This document shows, piece after piece, positions 1 to 9,093 of a stretch of 49,856 nucleotides of DNA. The notes beneath the pieces were generated by a model, which ran no database searches, was not told the DNA's origin, and saw only the letters and a list, made by a program, of their open reading frames with translations. Position 1 is the stretch's first letter, and every line of letters begins with the position of its first letter. This DNA comes from an uncultured bacterium (lineage in GTDB: Bacteria; CSSED10-310; CAZUFC01). The translations under genes were made by a program, and so were the position numbers. Location: positions 1-49,856 of the forward strand of contig CAZUFC010000060.1 of the NCBI GenBank assembly GCA_964619725.1. Direction: 5' to 3'.

Positions 1-246
1 GCCTGCAATCATTGGCAATTGGCGATTGGACGTTGGCAATTGACAATTCTGAAATACCAGACCCTTCTGACAAGACAGACCGCGTATAATGGCCAATGGT
101 CAATGGTCAATAGCCAATGGTCAATGAATTCGGCCTGCAATCATTGGCAATTGACGATTGGACGTTGGCAATTGACAATTCTGAAATTCCAGACCCTTCC
201 GACAAGACAGACCGCGTATAATTGCCAATGGTCAATGGCCAATAGC
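1..246. repeat. Tandem ~132-bp repeat (two copies, 1-132 and 133-246) built from opposed heptamer arrays; may extend beyond the window start
   Basis: GCCTGCAATCATTGGCAATT at 1 and 133. Each unit is TTGGCAA-like x5, a ~40-bp conserved spacer, then CAATGGT-like heptamers. Confidence 0.9.
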
Positions 247-285
247 GGCATATCCCCTGATTATGTTTGGTTTGACTGAAGCTTT

Positions 286-433
286 GGGACTGATCAACCG
301 GAGCTACCCTTGTTTCAAAACTTTCGACACTTTGTTTCAGTAATCGGGGTCGGTATCGGGATCGAAATCGAAATAAAAATAGGGGAGATTCTGTCTTATT
401 GTAACCTCAAAAGACCCAGTTTTGATCAATTCC
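286..433 (+). mobile_element. ~150-bp MITE-like element with TGATCA-containing ends and an ATCGGN hexamer core (family A, copy 1)
   Basis: GGGACTGATCAA...TTGTAACCTCAAAAGAC...TTTGATCAAT; aligns by eye with 12832-12986 (reverse complement) and 47728-47888. Confidence 0.75.
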
Positions 434-517
434 TTTTCTAACGAACCATGCTTGCGCCATTCCAGATAAACTTTAAACCCTGCAATGCCTGCACGCTTTC
501 AGTTTTTTTATGCCGGC

Positions 518-1246
518 TCAACGTCCCGCTATGCCTCTTATCTTTTTCAATATTTCATTGTTATCAGGGGCATCTGCGACTACTATATTCGGCGCTTTAT
601 GTTTTTTGAGCGCTTCTGCAGTCACGGGGCCTACAGCTATGCATGCGGCAGCATTTCGTATCGATGTATTATTTACCTTTATAAAATTTTTTACCGCTGA
701 AGGGCTGGCGAAAACTATTACTACTTGGCCTTCGGCATCAATGGGTTTTATTTCAGGGGCTTCTGTCTTGTAGACTATGGCTTGAGTCACATGAATCCCT
801 TTTTTTTCCAGGATTCTTTTAAATGCCGGGTTTGCTTTTGCGCCTCTGAAGTGAAGCAGAGAGCATGGCGCATCTTTTTCACGGCAGATGGTTCTGGCCA
901 GGACTTCGCCGGTCTGCGGTTCAGCGATGATGTCCGGGGGCCGTCCTATAATGGTTTCAACGGCTTCGGCTGTTTTTTGGCCCACTACGGCGATCTGCCG
1001 GTTTGCCTTTCTGATCTGTTCTGCGACGGGAGCGGCGCCTTCTACGCCTCTTTTACTAGTAAAAGCGATGATGTCGAAATCATCGAGTTTTTTGTTATCG
1101 TCAATCGCATCGCGCCGGTAGGGCATCATTTTTACAGCTATGCTCGGTCTTTCAATGACGGTGAATCCTTCGGCTTCCAGCATTTTACGAAGCGGCCTGT
1201 TATCTTTCGTTTCCCTGGTGAGTATTATGACAGGTAAGGACGGCAT
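518..1246 (-). CDS. hemD: Uroporphyrinogen-III synthase
   Basis: ILTR start, AFTSKRGV, VVGQKTA, VFASPSAV and AVGPVTAEAL motifs; follows hemC. Confidence 0.9.
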   Translation of the reverse strand: MPSLPVIILTRETKDNRPLRKMLEAEGFTVIERPSIAVKMMPYRRDAIDDNKKLDDFDIIAFTSKRGVEGAAPVAEQIRKANRQIAVVGQKTAEAVETIIGRPPDIIAEPQTGEVLARTICREKDAPCSLLHFRGAKANPAFKRILEKKGIHVTQAIVYKTEAPEIKPIDAEGQVVIVFASPSAVKNFIKVNNTSIRNAAACIAVGPVTAEALKKHKAPNIVVADAPDNNEILKKIRGIAGR

Positions 1247-2181
1247 AGTCGTTCTCTTCTGGTAACTTTAATTGGTTGATTTAAGGGCGGCGGATTATTT
1301 ATGCCGAATTGCCCGCAATATTCCGGCGTTCCGGTTATAATGCTTTGTTTCCATTCGTTTTCGGTCAGTTCAACGCCCATCGTGACCCTCCAGTGTATTC
1401 CGATACTCTGGGCAAAGGCGCCGAAAGCCGAATGGCAGCCTCCTTCGAAGTTGGCCAGCAATTGTCTTTCGATTTGGGCGGCCTGTCCGGTTTTGGGATC
1501 ATTAATTTTTGCAACAGCCCTGGATATTTTTTTATCCTCTTTTCTTATTTGCACTGCAACGACGCCTTGACCGGGAGCCGGCAGCCATATCTCCGGATTC
1601 AATTCAGATACGCGAAATGACCTGAGATTTACCCGTAATCTTTCAACACCGGCTCTGGCGATTATAATGGCATCGTATTGTCCTTCCCTGCATTTTCTGA
1701 TTCTGGTGGGGACATTGCCTCGAAGTAAAGCGGGTTCGGCATGCGGGCAGTATATATTCAGCAGCGCCTGGCGTCTGAGCGATCCGGCTCCGACTTTGCT
1801 TCCGTGAGCAACGGGAAAAATATCACTTTCTTCGGAATTGAATCTATCCGGATGAACTATCAGCAGGTCCCCCACAGGACCTCGCGGCAGATAAGCCCCG
1901 ATTTCCAGCATGCTGTCGGAAGCAGTCGGGAGGTCTTTCAACGAATGCACGGCTATATCGATATCGCCGGAGATCAGGCGGTTTTCGATTTCACGGGTGA
2001 AAAAACCTTTATCTTGCTGTTTCTGCAACGCTATATCCTGGAATCTGTCCCCCGAAGTGCTGATTATTTCAATCCTGTGATCAATATTTAACCCTTTCAA
2101 TCTCTCGGCGACCCGTCGAGCCTGCCAGAGAGCAAGATCGCTTCCTCGCGTACCTATTATCAGAGTCTTCCGTATGCTCAT
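1225..2181 (-). CDS. hemC: Hydroxymethylbilane synthase (porphobilinogen deaminase)
   Basis: IGTRGSDLALWQA, AVHSLKDLP, LRGNVPTR, PAPGQG, EGGCH; ATG at 2181 follows GGAG. Confidence 0.97.
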   Translation of the reverse strand: MSIRKTLIIGTRGSDLALWQARRVAERLKGLNIDHRIEIISTSGDRFQDIALQKQQDKGFFTREIENRLISGDIDIAVHSLKDLPTASDSMLEIGAYLPRGPVGDLLIVHPDRFNSEESDIFPVAHGSKVGAGSLRRQALLNIYCPHAEPALLRGNVPTRIRKCREGQYDAIIIARAGVERLRVNLRSFRVSELNPEIWLPAPGQGVVAVQIRKEDKKISRAVAKINDPKTGQAAQIERQLLANFEGGCHSAFGAFAQSIGIHWRVTMGVELTENEWKQSIITGTPEYCGQFGINNPPPLNQPIKVTRRERLCRPYLS

Positions 2182-2191
2182 ACTCGCTCCT

Positions 2192-3418
2192 CTACCCTTC
2201 CAGAGTCTCATGGATGGATGTGAATACATCATTGGAATATTCGCTTATGACTTGTTTCATGGCCGTTTCTATTTTTTTCCGGTCCTTCTCGTTCATATCA
2301 CCCAATTTCTCTTGTATGTAAGCGGGAATGAACTTCCGAACGAATTCCTGCCTTTTCTGATGCAAAGCATTCAACAGAAAAGCCATTTCACTTTCCGCAC
2401 AATAACGTCTGAATCTCATCGCCGCACGCTCAATTTTCCTCTCAAGCATATCGATATAACCCGTCTTTTCTGCATCGTCGTTCAAATCCATCAGATCGTC
2501 AATCGTACGGTAATCCGTGTGCTCCATTTTTCCGACGTCAGCCTCTACCTGCCTCGGAATGCCCAGGTCCATTATCAACAGCTTTCGTCCGTCGTCCCTG
2601 CAATTGATATCATCCTTTTTGACTATGGGATTCACAGAGCCTGTTGATGTAATTAAAACATCTGCCTGCGAGGATAAGTCCTTTAAAGCATGAAGCGGAT
2701 GCCAGATATTTTTGTGCTGAGGTTTTACGGTTCTGTTCAATCGAATGACTTTGCATTGGAGACGCTCTTCGACAAGAAAAGCGGTTTTTCGTCCTATCTC
2801 GCCCATACCCATAACGATAATTTTCTTATCGCAACATACTTCCTGAAAATAATTCTCCAGGAATCTCACCGTCAGGCCGTGTATTCCCTGCTGATGATCG
2901 GAACGGAATCCGAGCTTGTAGCCTGCTTTTGCGATACGCCCCGCGACTGCACTGAGCATATTGAGGATGCTGGAAGAAGTTTGTTCGAGCTGGGCTTGTT
3001 TGACGGCCCGTTGAAACTGCCCCGCTATCTGCGCCTCTCCTGTCGCCAGAGATTCCATGCCGAGGACGACCCGTAAAATATGTTTAACGGATTCTTTTCC
3101 GATATAGACGTAGGGATCGGGAAGATTACAATCCGGGAAATGTTTTTGCCTGCAATGGAGCATTTTTGCTGAGAGGAGTTCTGCAATCCATTCCGGTATT
3201 GAAGAGGATATTATCCACTCGTTTCTATTGCATGTTTCCAGGACGAGAAGTCCGGCATCATTATCCATCTTGCGGATGGATTCAACCAGCTCGGTCCTTT
3301 CCCTGGGCGTGGTCATCAGTTTTTCCCTGAGAGCGGTGGGAGCGATGCGGAAATCGCATCCTACAAGCGCTATGGGGATTTCGTTATGCAGTGAGTTCGT
3401 CATTTTATCAGATAACAA
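2192..3418 (-). CDS. hemA: Glutamyl-tRNA reductase
   Basis: ETCNRNE catalytic motif, GEAQIAGQ, GMGEIG NADPH site, DLGIPR. Confidence 0.93.
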   Translation of the reverse strand: MLSDKMTNSLHNEIPIALVGCDFRIAPTALREKLMTTPRERTELVESIRKMDNDAGLLVLETCNRNEWIISSSIPEWIAELLSAKMLHCRQKHFPDCNLPDPYVYIGKESVKHILRVVLGMESLATGEAQIAGQFQRAVKQAQLEQTSSSILNMLSAVAGRIAKAGYKLGFRSDHQQGIHGLTVRFLENYFQEVCCDKKIIVMGMGEIGRKTAFLVEERLQCKVIRLNRTVKPQHKNIWHPLHALKDLSSQADVLITSTGSVNPIVKKDDINCRDDGRKLLIMDLGIPRQVEADVGKMEHTDYRTIDDLMDLNDDAEKTGYIDMLERKIERAAMRFRRYCAESEMAFLLNALHQKRQEFVRKFIPAYIQEKLGDMNEKDRKKIETAMKQVISEYSNDVFTSIHETLEG

Positions 3419-3424
3419 AGGCTT

Positions 3425-4807
3425 TCACTCATCATTTCCCGAAAGAAAATCCAGGCATTCTTTTGCTGCCTTGAAACCGCTCGCAGCAGCATGCTCGACA
3501 CCGACCCCCGTAAGATAATTCCCCGCCAGGAATACTCCAGGAACTTTACTGATCCTGCTCATGATGAAATCAATTTTTTCGTCGTGATCAGGCAATAGCT
3601 GAGGAATGGCGTGCCGGTATCTCAAAACCTTCAGTATCTTCACGCCATTCAGAGTATGCCCGAACATAACTTCATGCTCCTTTTTAACCAGCGAAGCCAA
3701 TTCTTCGTCACTCAGGTCAACGGCTTTCTGATCCAGCATTCCGCCGTAAAATGAAGCCATTAAAGCATAACCCTCCGGCGCTCTGTTGCGGAAAAGCTGT
3801 GAGGGAAACAATGTTCCGAGTATCCTCATGTTGTTGATTTTGGGGACGAGCAGTCCGAAGCCTTCCGGGACCGTCTGTTCTTCATTCAAAGGTATCGACC
3901 AATGCACGAGAGCGACAGGCGACATGGGTACGGCATTCAGTTTTTCCACTGTTTCCGGCAGCGGTTCTTCCAGTATTTTCGACAAGCGATTCGGAGGCAC
4001 GGCTAAAATAACGGCCGAAGCGTTTTTTTCGTATCTGTCCGCTTTTATGGTGAGCTTCCCGTTCTCTGAGATGATGCTTTTGACGGAGATGCCTGTCAAC
4101 GCGTTCTCTTTCAGTTCTTCAAAAAGTCTGCTGGTGAGGGTTCCCAGGCCGTTCTGGAATGAAAACAGTCCCTTCCTGGTTTTTAAACCCTCACGGGCCA
4201 ATCTTTTCTTCTTGCGATATAAATAGAGCCCGGCTCCCAGTATCATAGAACCCGCCGTCTTTTCAAAATTCCAGAATTTGGGAAACGCTGTGCGCGCCCC
4301 CAGCGTTTTAACGTCCCCGGCGTAAATGCCCGAAACGAATGGAGACATTATATATGTGGCGGCCTCCTTTCCGAATCTGCGGCAAAAAAATTCCCACGCC
4401 GTATCTTTCTCTTTAGCCCCATTGGGTATGAACGGCTCCATCATAAGACGCAATTTTGCCTTGGGACTCAGTAACCCCGTTTTTATGAAAGCGGTAAAAC
4501 CGAGAGGCAACGGAAAGAGTTTCCCGTCACGGAAAATATAACGATTACGCGCTATCCCGGCCGCTTCTTCGATCATCTCATAATAATCCAGCCCCTTAAC
4601 AACTTTCCAGACATGTTCGGCCGCTCCCATAAAATTGTGAGGTCCGATCTCCAGTCGATAACCTTCATGCTCCAGCGTTTTTATGTTGCCGCCCGCCGCT
4701 TCTTCCTCTTCTAGCAGCGTTACGTTAATTCCTTTCCGCTTCAAATTCCAGGCCGCCGTCAATCCGGCGATTCCGCCGCCTACAACTGTCACGTCAGTAT
4801 CAGACAT
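3425..4807 (-). CDS. hemG: Protoporphyrinogen/coproporphyrinogen oxidase, HemY type
   Basis: VVGGGIAGL FAD motif, GIYAGD, GFGLLVP, AIPQ, LAGNYLTGVGV. Confidence 0.93.
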   Translation of the reverse strand: MSDTDVTVVGGGIAGLTAAWNLKRKGINVTLLEEEEAAGGNIKTLEHEGYRLEIGPHNFMGAAEHVWKVVKGLDYYEMIEEAAGIARNRYIFRDGKLFPLPLGFTAFIKTGLLSPKAKLRLMMEPFIPNGAKEKDTAWEFFCRRFGKEAATYIMSPFVSGIYAGDVKTLGARTAFPKFWNFEKTAGSMILGAGLYLYRKKKRLAREGLKTRKGLFSFQNGLGTLTSRLFEELKENALTGISVKSIISENGKLTIKADRYEKNASAVILAVPPNRLSKILEEPLPETVEKLNAVPMSPVALVHWSIPLNEEQTVPEGFGLLVPKINNMRILGTLFPSQLFRNRAPEGYALMASFYGGMLDQKAVDLSDEELASLVKKEHEVMFGHTLNGVKILKVLRYRHAIPQLLPDHDEKIDFIMSRISKVPGVFLAGNYLTGVGVEHAAASGFKAAKECLDFLSGNDE

Positions 4808-5783
4808 CCCCTTCTGTTCCTTTCCTTACTTCCATTATGATATCTCTCAACGCACGCAGATATGTATCATTCGAATCTACGGTCGCTGTTCTGCAATATC
4901 TTATCCCGCTCCCCTCGCACCTATTCCTGAATTCTATATCCAGATCATAAAGCGTCTCCAGATTCTCAGATACGAAAGCTGCCGGATGAACCACAATATG
5001 CTTTACCCCACGCTCTTTTAGACGGATAAACTCCTCTTCCAATGAAGGACCCTGCCATTTTACAGGTCCTATTCTGCTCTGAAACGCTAGAGAATGAGGA
5101 ACATCAGTACCTGTTTTTTCATATGCCAGAGAAACCGTTTCTCTCACCTGGTCGACATAGGGATCGCCCCGTCGCACGTATTTCAAAGGTATGCTGTGAG
5201 CGGCAAAAAGTATATGAGATGTATTTTTGTCATCAATTTTGTCGAGTTCGGCCTGCAGGAGTTCAGCTATGGCGGCCCTATAACCGGGATGATCGTGATG
5301 ACTTTTTACAATATCGCATGCCAGGCCGTTGCTGTTCCGTTCTTTGAATTCGTGCAGCGAAGAACCGCTTGTGACGATTGAATACTGAGGATACAGAGGA
5401 ATAACGATCAGGTGATCGGCGCCCTTTGCGGATAAAGTTTTTACGGCTTTTTGAACGCCCGGTTCCGTGTATCTCATGGCAAACCTCACAGGCGCCGAAA
5501 TCATCTCTTCCAATCGAGAGGCCAGTTTCACCGTATTATCGTGCAGCGGTGATTTTCCCCCGATAGCTTTGTAACGCTTCGCCGCTTTTACGGCCCTTTT
5601 TGACGCCAGAAAACGTGCGAGTTTCTTCTGGTAGAAGCGTCCCAGGGGCATCTGAAAAATAAAAGAATCATTGAACAGGCGGTTGAGATACGGTTCTATC
5701 TCTTCCAGGTTCCGGGGACCGCCCATATTCAGCAAAAGAACGCCGAATGTCGAGGGCATCTTTCCTGTTCTATCGCTTGCCAT
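4800..5783 (-). CDS. hemH: Ferrochelatase
   Basis: LLNMGGP, IGGKSPL, AMRY, PLYPQYS, AHSIP, FQSRIGPVKW, FVSENLETL. Confidence 0.97.
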   Translation of the reverse strand: MASDRTGKMPSTFGVLLLNMGGPRNLEEIEPYLNRLFNDSFIFQMPLGRFYQKKLARFLASKRAVKAAKRYKAIGGKSPLHDNTVKLASRLEEMISAPVRFAMRYTEPGVQKAVKTLSAKGADHLIVIPLYPQYSIVTSGSSLHEFKERNSNGLACDIVKSHHDHPGYRAAIAELLQAELDKIDDKNTSHILFAAHSIPLKYVRRGDPYVDQVRETVSLAYEKTGTDVPHSLAFQSRIGPVKWQGPSLEEEFIRLKERGVKHIVVHPAAFVSENLETLYDLDIEFRNRCEGSGIRYCRTATVDSNDTYLRALRDIIMEVRKGTEGDV

Positions 5784-6100
5784 TTTACTCCCTACAGCGA
5801 CTCAAGCGGCCGCATGTTTTCTGTTCTTTCAACCGGCGTAAGAGTTGGTTAACGTAAGTCGACAATTCTATAAAAATTTTTGCGAACCAGGCTTTTCTGA
5901 ATGTTATGGCTGATCGCCATAAATACAGCCGCCGCAAGCGCCAGGATTTTAATTTGTGAAAGCGGTTTTTGCCCAGGAAAGCTTTTACGCTTCCCCAAAA
6001 TGCATCTTGCCGGAAGCCTGGCATCTTGATCAGTTGAGCGGCGATATTTCGGCGCTCGTTGCTCTTCAAACACATTACATCAGTTAACATAACAACCCCA

Positions 6101-7510
6101 TCAAATGGTTTTGGAATATCTGACTTTACCCTCATCCTTTTTCAGATACTGATCAAAATTCATACATATGTTTCTGATGAAAAAGCGCCCCAGCTTCGTA
6201 ACGGTAATGCTGCGGCCGCTGTCCAACTCAACCAGTCCGTCATCGTCGAAAGTCCGCAAAGCTTTCAGTTCCTCCTTGAAGTGATCATTAAAATTAATTC
6301 CGTATTTTCTTTCGATATCGGTAATGTCCAGAAAGAAATTACAGAAAAGTTCCAGTATGATCTCACGTCGAATCAGGTCCTCATCATTCAGGATCAAGCC
6401 TTTTATCCAGCATCCTGATGAGGAGCGTTTCATATAGTCATCGATATCTTTTTCGTTTTGAGCGTAGGTAGGACCGACCGAACTGATGGCGGAAGCGCCC
6501 AGAGCGATGAGGTCCAGGCCGCGCCGGGTTGTATAGCCCATGAAGTTTCTGGTGAGGGTTTTATTGTTGAGGGCCCGGACAAGTTCATCTTCGGGAAGCG
6601 CGAAATGATCCATGCCGACGTGTTCGTAACCGCTGTCCAGGAGCATATTGTAAGCCATACCGAACAGTTTCATTCGTTTTTCAGGAGAAGGGAGCGTATA
6701 GGCTTCCAGTTTTTTCTGATGCGGCTTGATCCAGGGTACGTGTGCGTATCCGAAAAGAGCTATTCGCGAAGGGCTTATCTGAATTACTTTTTCTATTGTA
6801 TGGCTGAAGGAACTCAAGGATTGTCCGGGAAGTCCGTAAATCAGGTCAAGGTTGATCGCATTGCTTCCTGCGTCCCTGATACGGCCCAGCAGCTTGAGCA
6901 ATTTTTCCTCCGGCAACAGCCTACCGATCATCTTCTGAACGTCGGGATTCAAATCCTGTACGCCGAAGCTGAAACGATTGAAACCCAATACCATAAGATT
7001 GTCCATGTATTCATTATCAACGCTTCGCGGGTCTATTTCAATCGATCTTTCACCCGTTTCGGGAAAAATGAATCGAGCTTTTAATCCCTCAACCAGACTG
7101 GTCATCAATTCGGGCGAAAGAGATGTCGGCGTTCCGCCGCCTAACGCCAGTTGCTCAACCTCCCGGTTAGAATCAAATACGCCTGATAATCGGTCCATTT
7201 CCGCCAATAAAGCCTTTAAATACTGCTGGATCGTCTGTTGCGAACGTCCCGTTTCAGTATGACAGCCGCAATACAGGCAGCGGCTTTTACAAAATGGGAT
7301 ATGCAGATAAATCGATAGGTTCGACCTGGGGGGGCGGTTGGACTCTTTCCAGTGATGCAATATCAAAGATTCATCAAATTGAGCCTGGAATTGCGGCGCC
7401 GTCGGATAACTCGTGTATCGAGGTCCGCTCTTGTGATATCGTCGAGTTAACTCGTGCGGTATGGAGGTCGGATCGATTCTTTTTGCAGCTTCGTTATTGT
7501 TCATTGTCAT
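6101..7510 (-). CDS. hemN: Oxygen-independent coproporphyrinogen III dehydrogenase (radical SAM)
   Basis: GPRYTSYPTA, HIPFCKSRCLYCGC, GMDHFA, RNFMGYT, C-terminal RYSKTI. Confidence 0.97.
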   Translation of the reverse strand: MTMNNNEAAKRIDPTSIPHELTRRYHKSGPRYTSYPTAPQFQAQFDESLILHHWKESNRPPRSNLSIYLHIPFCKSRCLYCGCHTETGRSQQTIQQYLKALLAEMDRLSGVFDSNREVEQLALGGGTPTSLSPELMTSLVEGLKARFIFPETGERSIEIDPRSVDNEYMDNLMVLGFNRFSFGVQDLNPDVQKMIGRLLPEEKLLKLLGRIRDAGSNAINLDLIYGLPGQSLSSFSHTIEKVIQISPSRIALFGYAHVPWIKPHQKKLEAYTLPSPEKRMKLFGMAYNMLLDSGYEHVGMDHFALPEDELVRALNNKTLTRNFMGYTTRRGLDLIALGASAISSVGPTYAQNEKDIDDYMKRSSSGCWIKGLILNDEDLIRREIILELFCNFFLDITDIERKYGINFNDHFKEELKALRTFDDDGLVELDSGRSITVTKLGRFFIRNICMNFDQYLKKDEGKVRYSKTI

Positions 7511-8544
7511 TTTCTTTCATTTTTTTCAGCCCAGGCTGCATTCGCGTCGATAAAGGCCTGGACGCCTTCCAATGGCGTTGTCGGAATGACTCCATGTCCC
7601 AGGTTTACTATATGTCCACGGCCGTTCGTCTGGTCCAGCATTGCAAATGTACGCCGGCGTATGACCTCGGCGTCAGCAAACAGCAGAGCAGGGTCAAGAT
7701 TGCCCTGAACCACACGGTCCCGGCCGATCCTTCGCCTTACATCGGATAAACTTATCCGCCAGTCCACACCTATCACGTCAGCCCCCGTCTTATCAACCGA
7801 TTCCAATAAATTACCTATGCCGTTGATGTAATATATAACCGGCGCGCCCAGAGGTTTCAAATGATCTATGATCCTTTTCACATAAGGCAGAACAAAATGC
7901 TCATAATCCCGGGGACTCAAATCGCCCGCCCACGAATCGAACAACTGTACCGCTGTCGCAGAAGCCTTTACCTGCATCTCAAGATAGGCCGCAGACAAGT
8001 CGGTTATCCTGTTCATCAGTTTCTCATATATCCAGGGCGTCCGGTGCATCATGAGCTTCAACTTGTGAAAAGTCTTGCTGCCTCCGCCTTCGGTCATGTA
8101 ACACGCCAGAGTATAAGGCGCTCCCGAAAAACCTAGAACCGGCCAGTCGTCTCCCAACTCGGAACGGACATTTCGGATTGCTGCTTTGACGTATCCCAGC
8201 GATTCTTCCGGGTGGGGCGATTTTAAATTTTCGAAGTCCGCTTCAGTCTCCACCGATGGAGTTATCCGTATACTCGGAAAATATTGCACTTCCAAACCCA
8301 TGGCAAGCGGCACGACAAGTATGTCGCTGAATATGATCGCCGCATCAAGATTAAATCGCTTCAAAGGCTGCAACGTTACCTCTGCCGCTAATTCAGGCGT
8401 CTCGCATATCTCCCGGAACGTATGCTTCTCACGCACTGAACGGTATTCCGGCAGTATCCGCCCCGCCTGACGCATTATCCATAAAGGCGGCCTGTCGACA
8501 CTTTCATTCCCGGCTGATCTTAAAAATCTCTCTCGCGCATTCAT
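7507..8544 (-). CDS. hemE: Uroporphyrinogen decarboxylase
   Basis: WIMRQAGRILPEY, IIFSDIL, FDSWAG, QGNLDP, NLGHGV. Confidence 0.98.
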   Translation of the reverse strand: MNARERFLRSAGNESVDRPPLWIMRQAGRILPEYRSVREKHTFREICETPELAAEVTLQPLKRFNLDAAIIFSDILVVPLAMGLEVQYFPSIRITPSVETEADFENLKSPHPEESLGYVKAAIRNVRSELGDDWPVLGFSGAPYTLACYMTEGGGSKTFHKLKLMMHRTPWIYEKLMNRITDLSAAYLEMQVKASATAVQLFDSWAGDLSPRDYEHFVLPYVKRIIDHLKPLGAPVIYYINGIGNLLESVDKTGADVIGVDWRISLSDVRRRIGRDRVVQGNLDPALLFADAEVIRRRTFAMLDQTNGRGHIVNLGHGVIPTTPLEGVQAFIDANAAWAEKNERK

Positions 8545-8600
8545 CTCATTCCTTTCTCGAAATAAAGCTATATCAGGAATTCACCTCAAAAACCTATATT

Positions 8601-8663
8601 ACTATACCATACCTTCCAGCTCCATTTGTCATGCGATTGTCATAACGGTCATGGAATTGTCAT
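8601..8663 (-). promoter_or_regulatory. Probable hem operon promoter: extended -10 with four GTCAT direct repeats (PhoB/OmpR-type boxes) at and above -35
   Basis: Minus-strand TGgTATAGT at 8609-8601; plus-strand GTCAT at 8628, 8639, 8648, 8659 (spacings 11, 9, 11). Confidence 0.55.
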
Positions 8664-8824
8664 GGGCTGGTTCTGACCGAGGGCGATAAGGTTTCCGGGA
8701 CGGCTTTAGACTTTTCACCCGGGATTTTTACGGTTTCGCTTCTTTAAAGCCGGCGGTGCAAAGGCAGGATGGAAGTCCACATGCAGTAAGTTCACATCTC
8801 CTGACATTGACCGGTAAAAAATTG

Positions 8825-8995
8825 TTATGCGCTTCCGAATCTCCAGTCTTCGATGCTTTTCCGTTCCTCTCTCCATCGTTTAAGCAAAGTCTCCGTTATC
8901 GAATCATGCAGCCTGAAAGTTATGAATTGAATGACATCGCCTCCGTCGAAATGCGGCAAACACCCCCTGTAACGCCATCCTCTATGCATTTCCAT
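8825..8995 (-). pseudogene. 5' fragment of a REP-associated/IS200-like tyrosine transposase (RAYT)
   Basis: [30 protein letters not shown] matches the RG-LPH...FITFRL-DS N-terminus of RAYT-like Y1 transposases; it stops after ~55 aa with no HUH motif. Confidence 0.75.
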
Positions 8996-9043
8996 AACTT
9001 CTATAATATTAAAAATTAATGAAAAGTGAGCCTCGCCTAATGC

Positions 9044-9062
9044 GTATGTCCGCGCAGCGGAC
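9044..9062 (+). repeat. REP-like hairpin next to the RAYT remnant
   Basis: GTAT-GTCCGC-GCA-GCGGAC: a 6-bp stem preceded by a GTAG-like tetramer. Confidence 0.5.
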
Positions 9063-9093
9063 CTGTTAATTCTCGCTCCTGCGAAAATTAATA

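Noticed and set aside
1-246. CRISPR array
   Set aside because: The intervening segments are near-identical rather than unique spacers, the period is 132 bp and no cas genes are present
19-279. 86-aa ORF
   Set aside because: It is a translation of the heptamer tandem repeat
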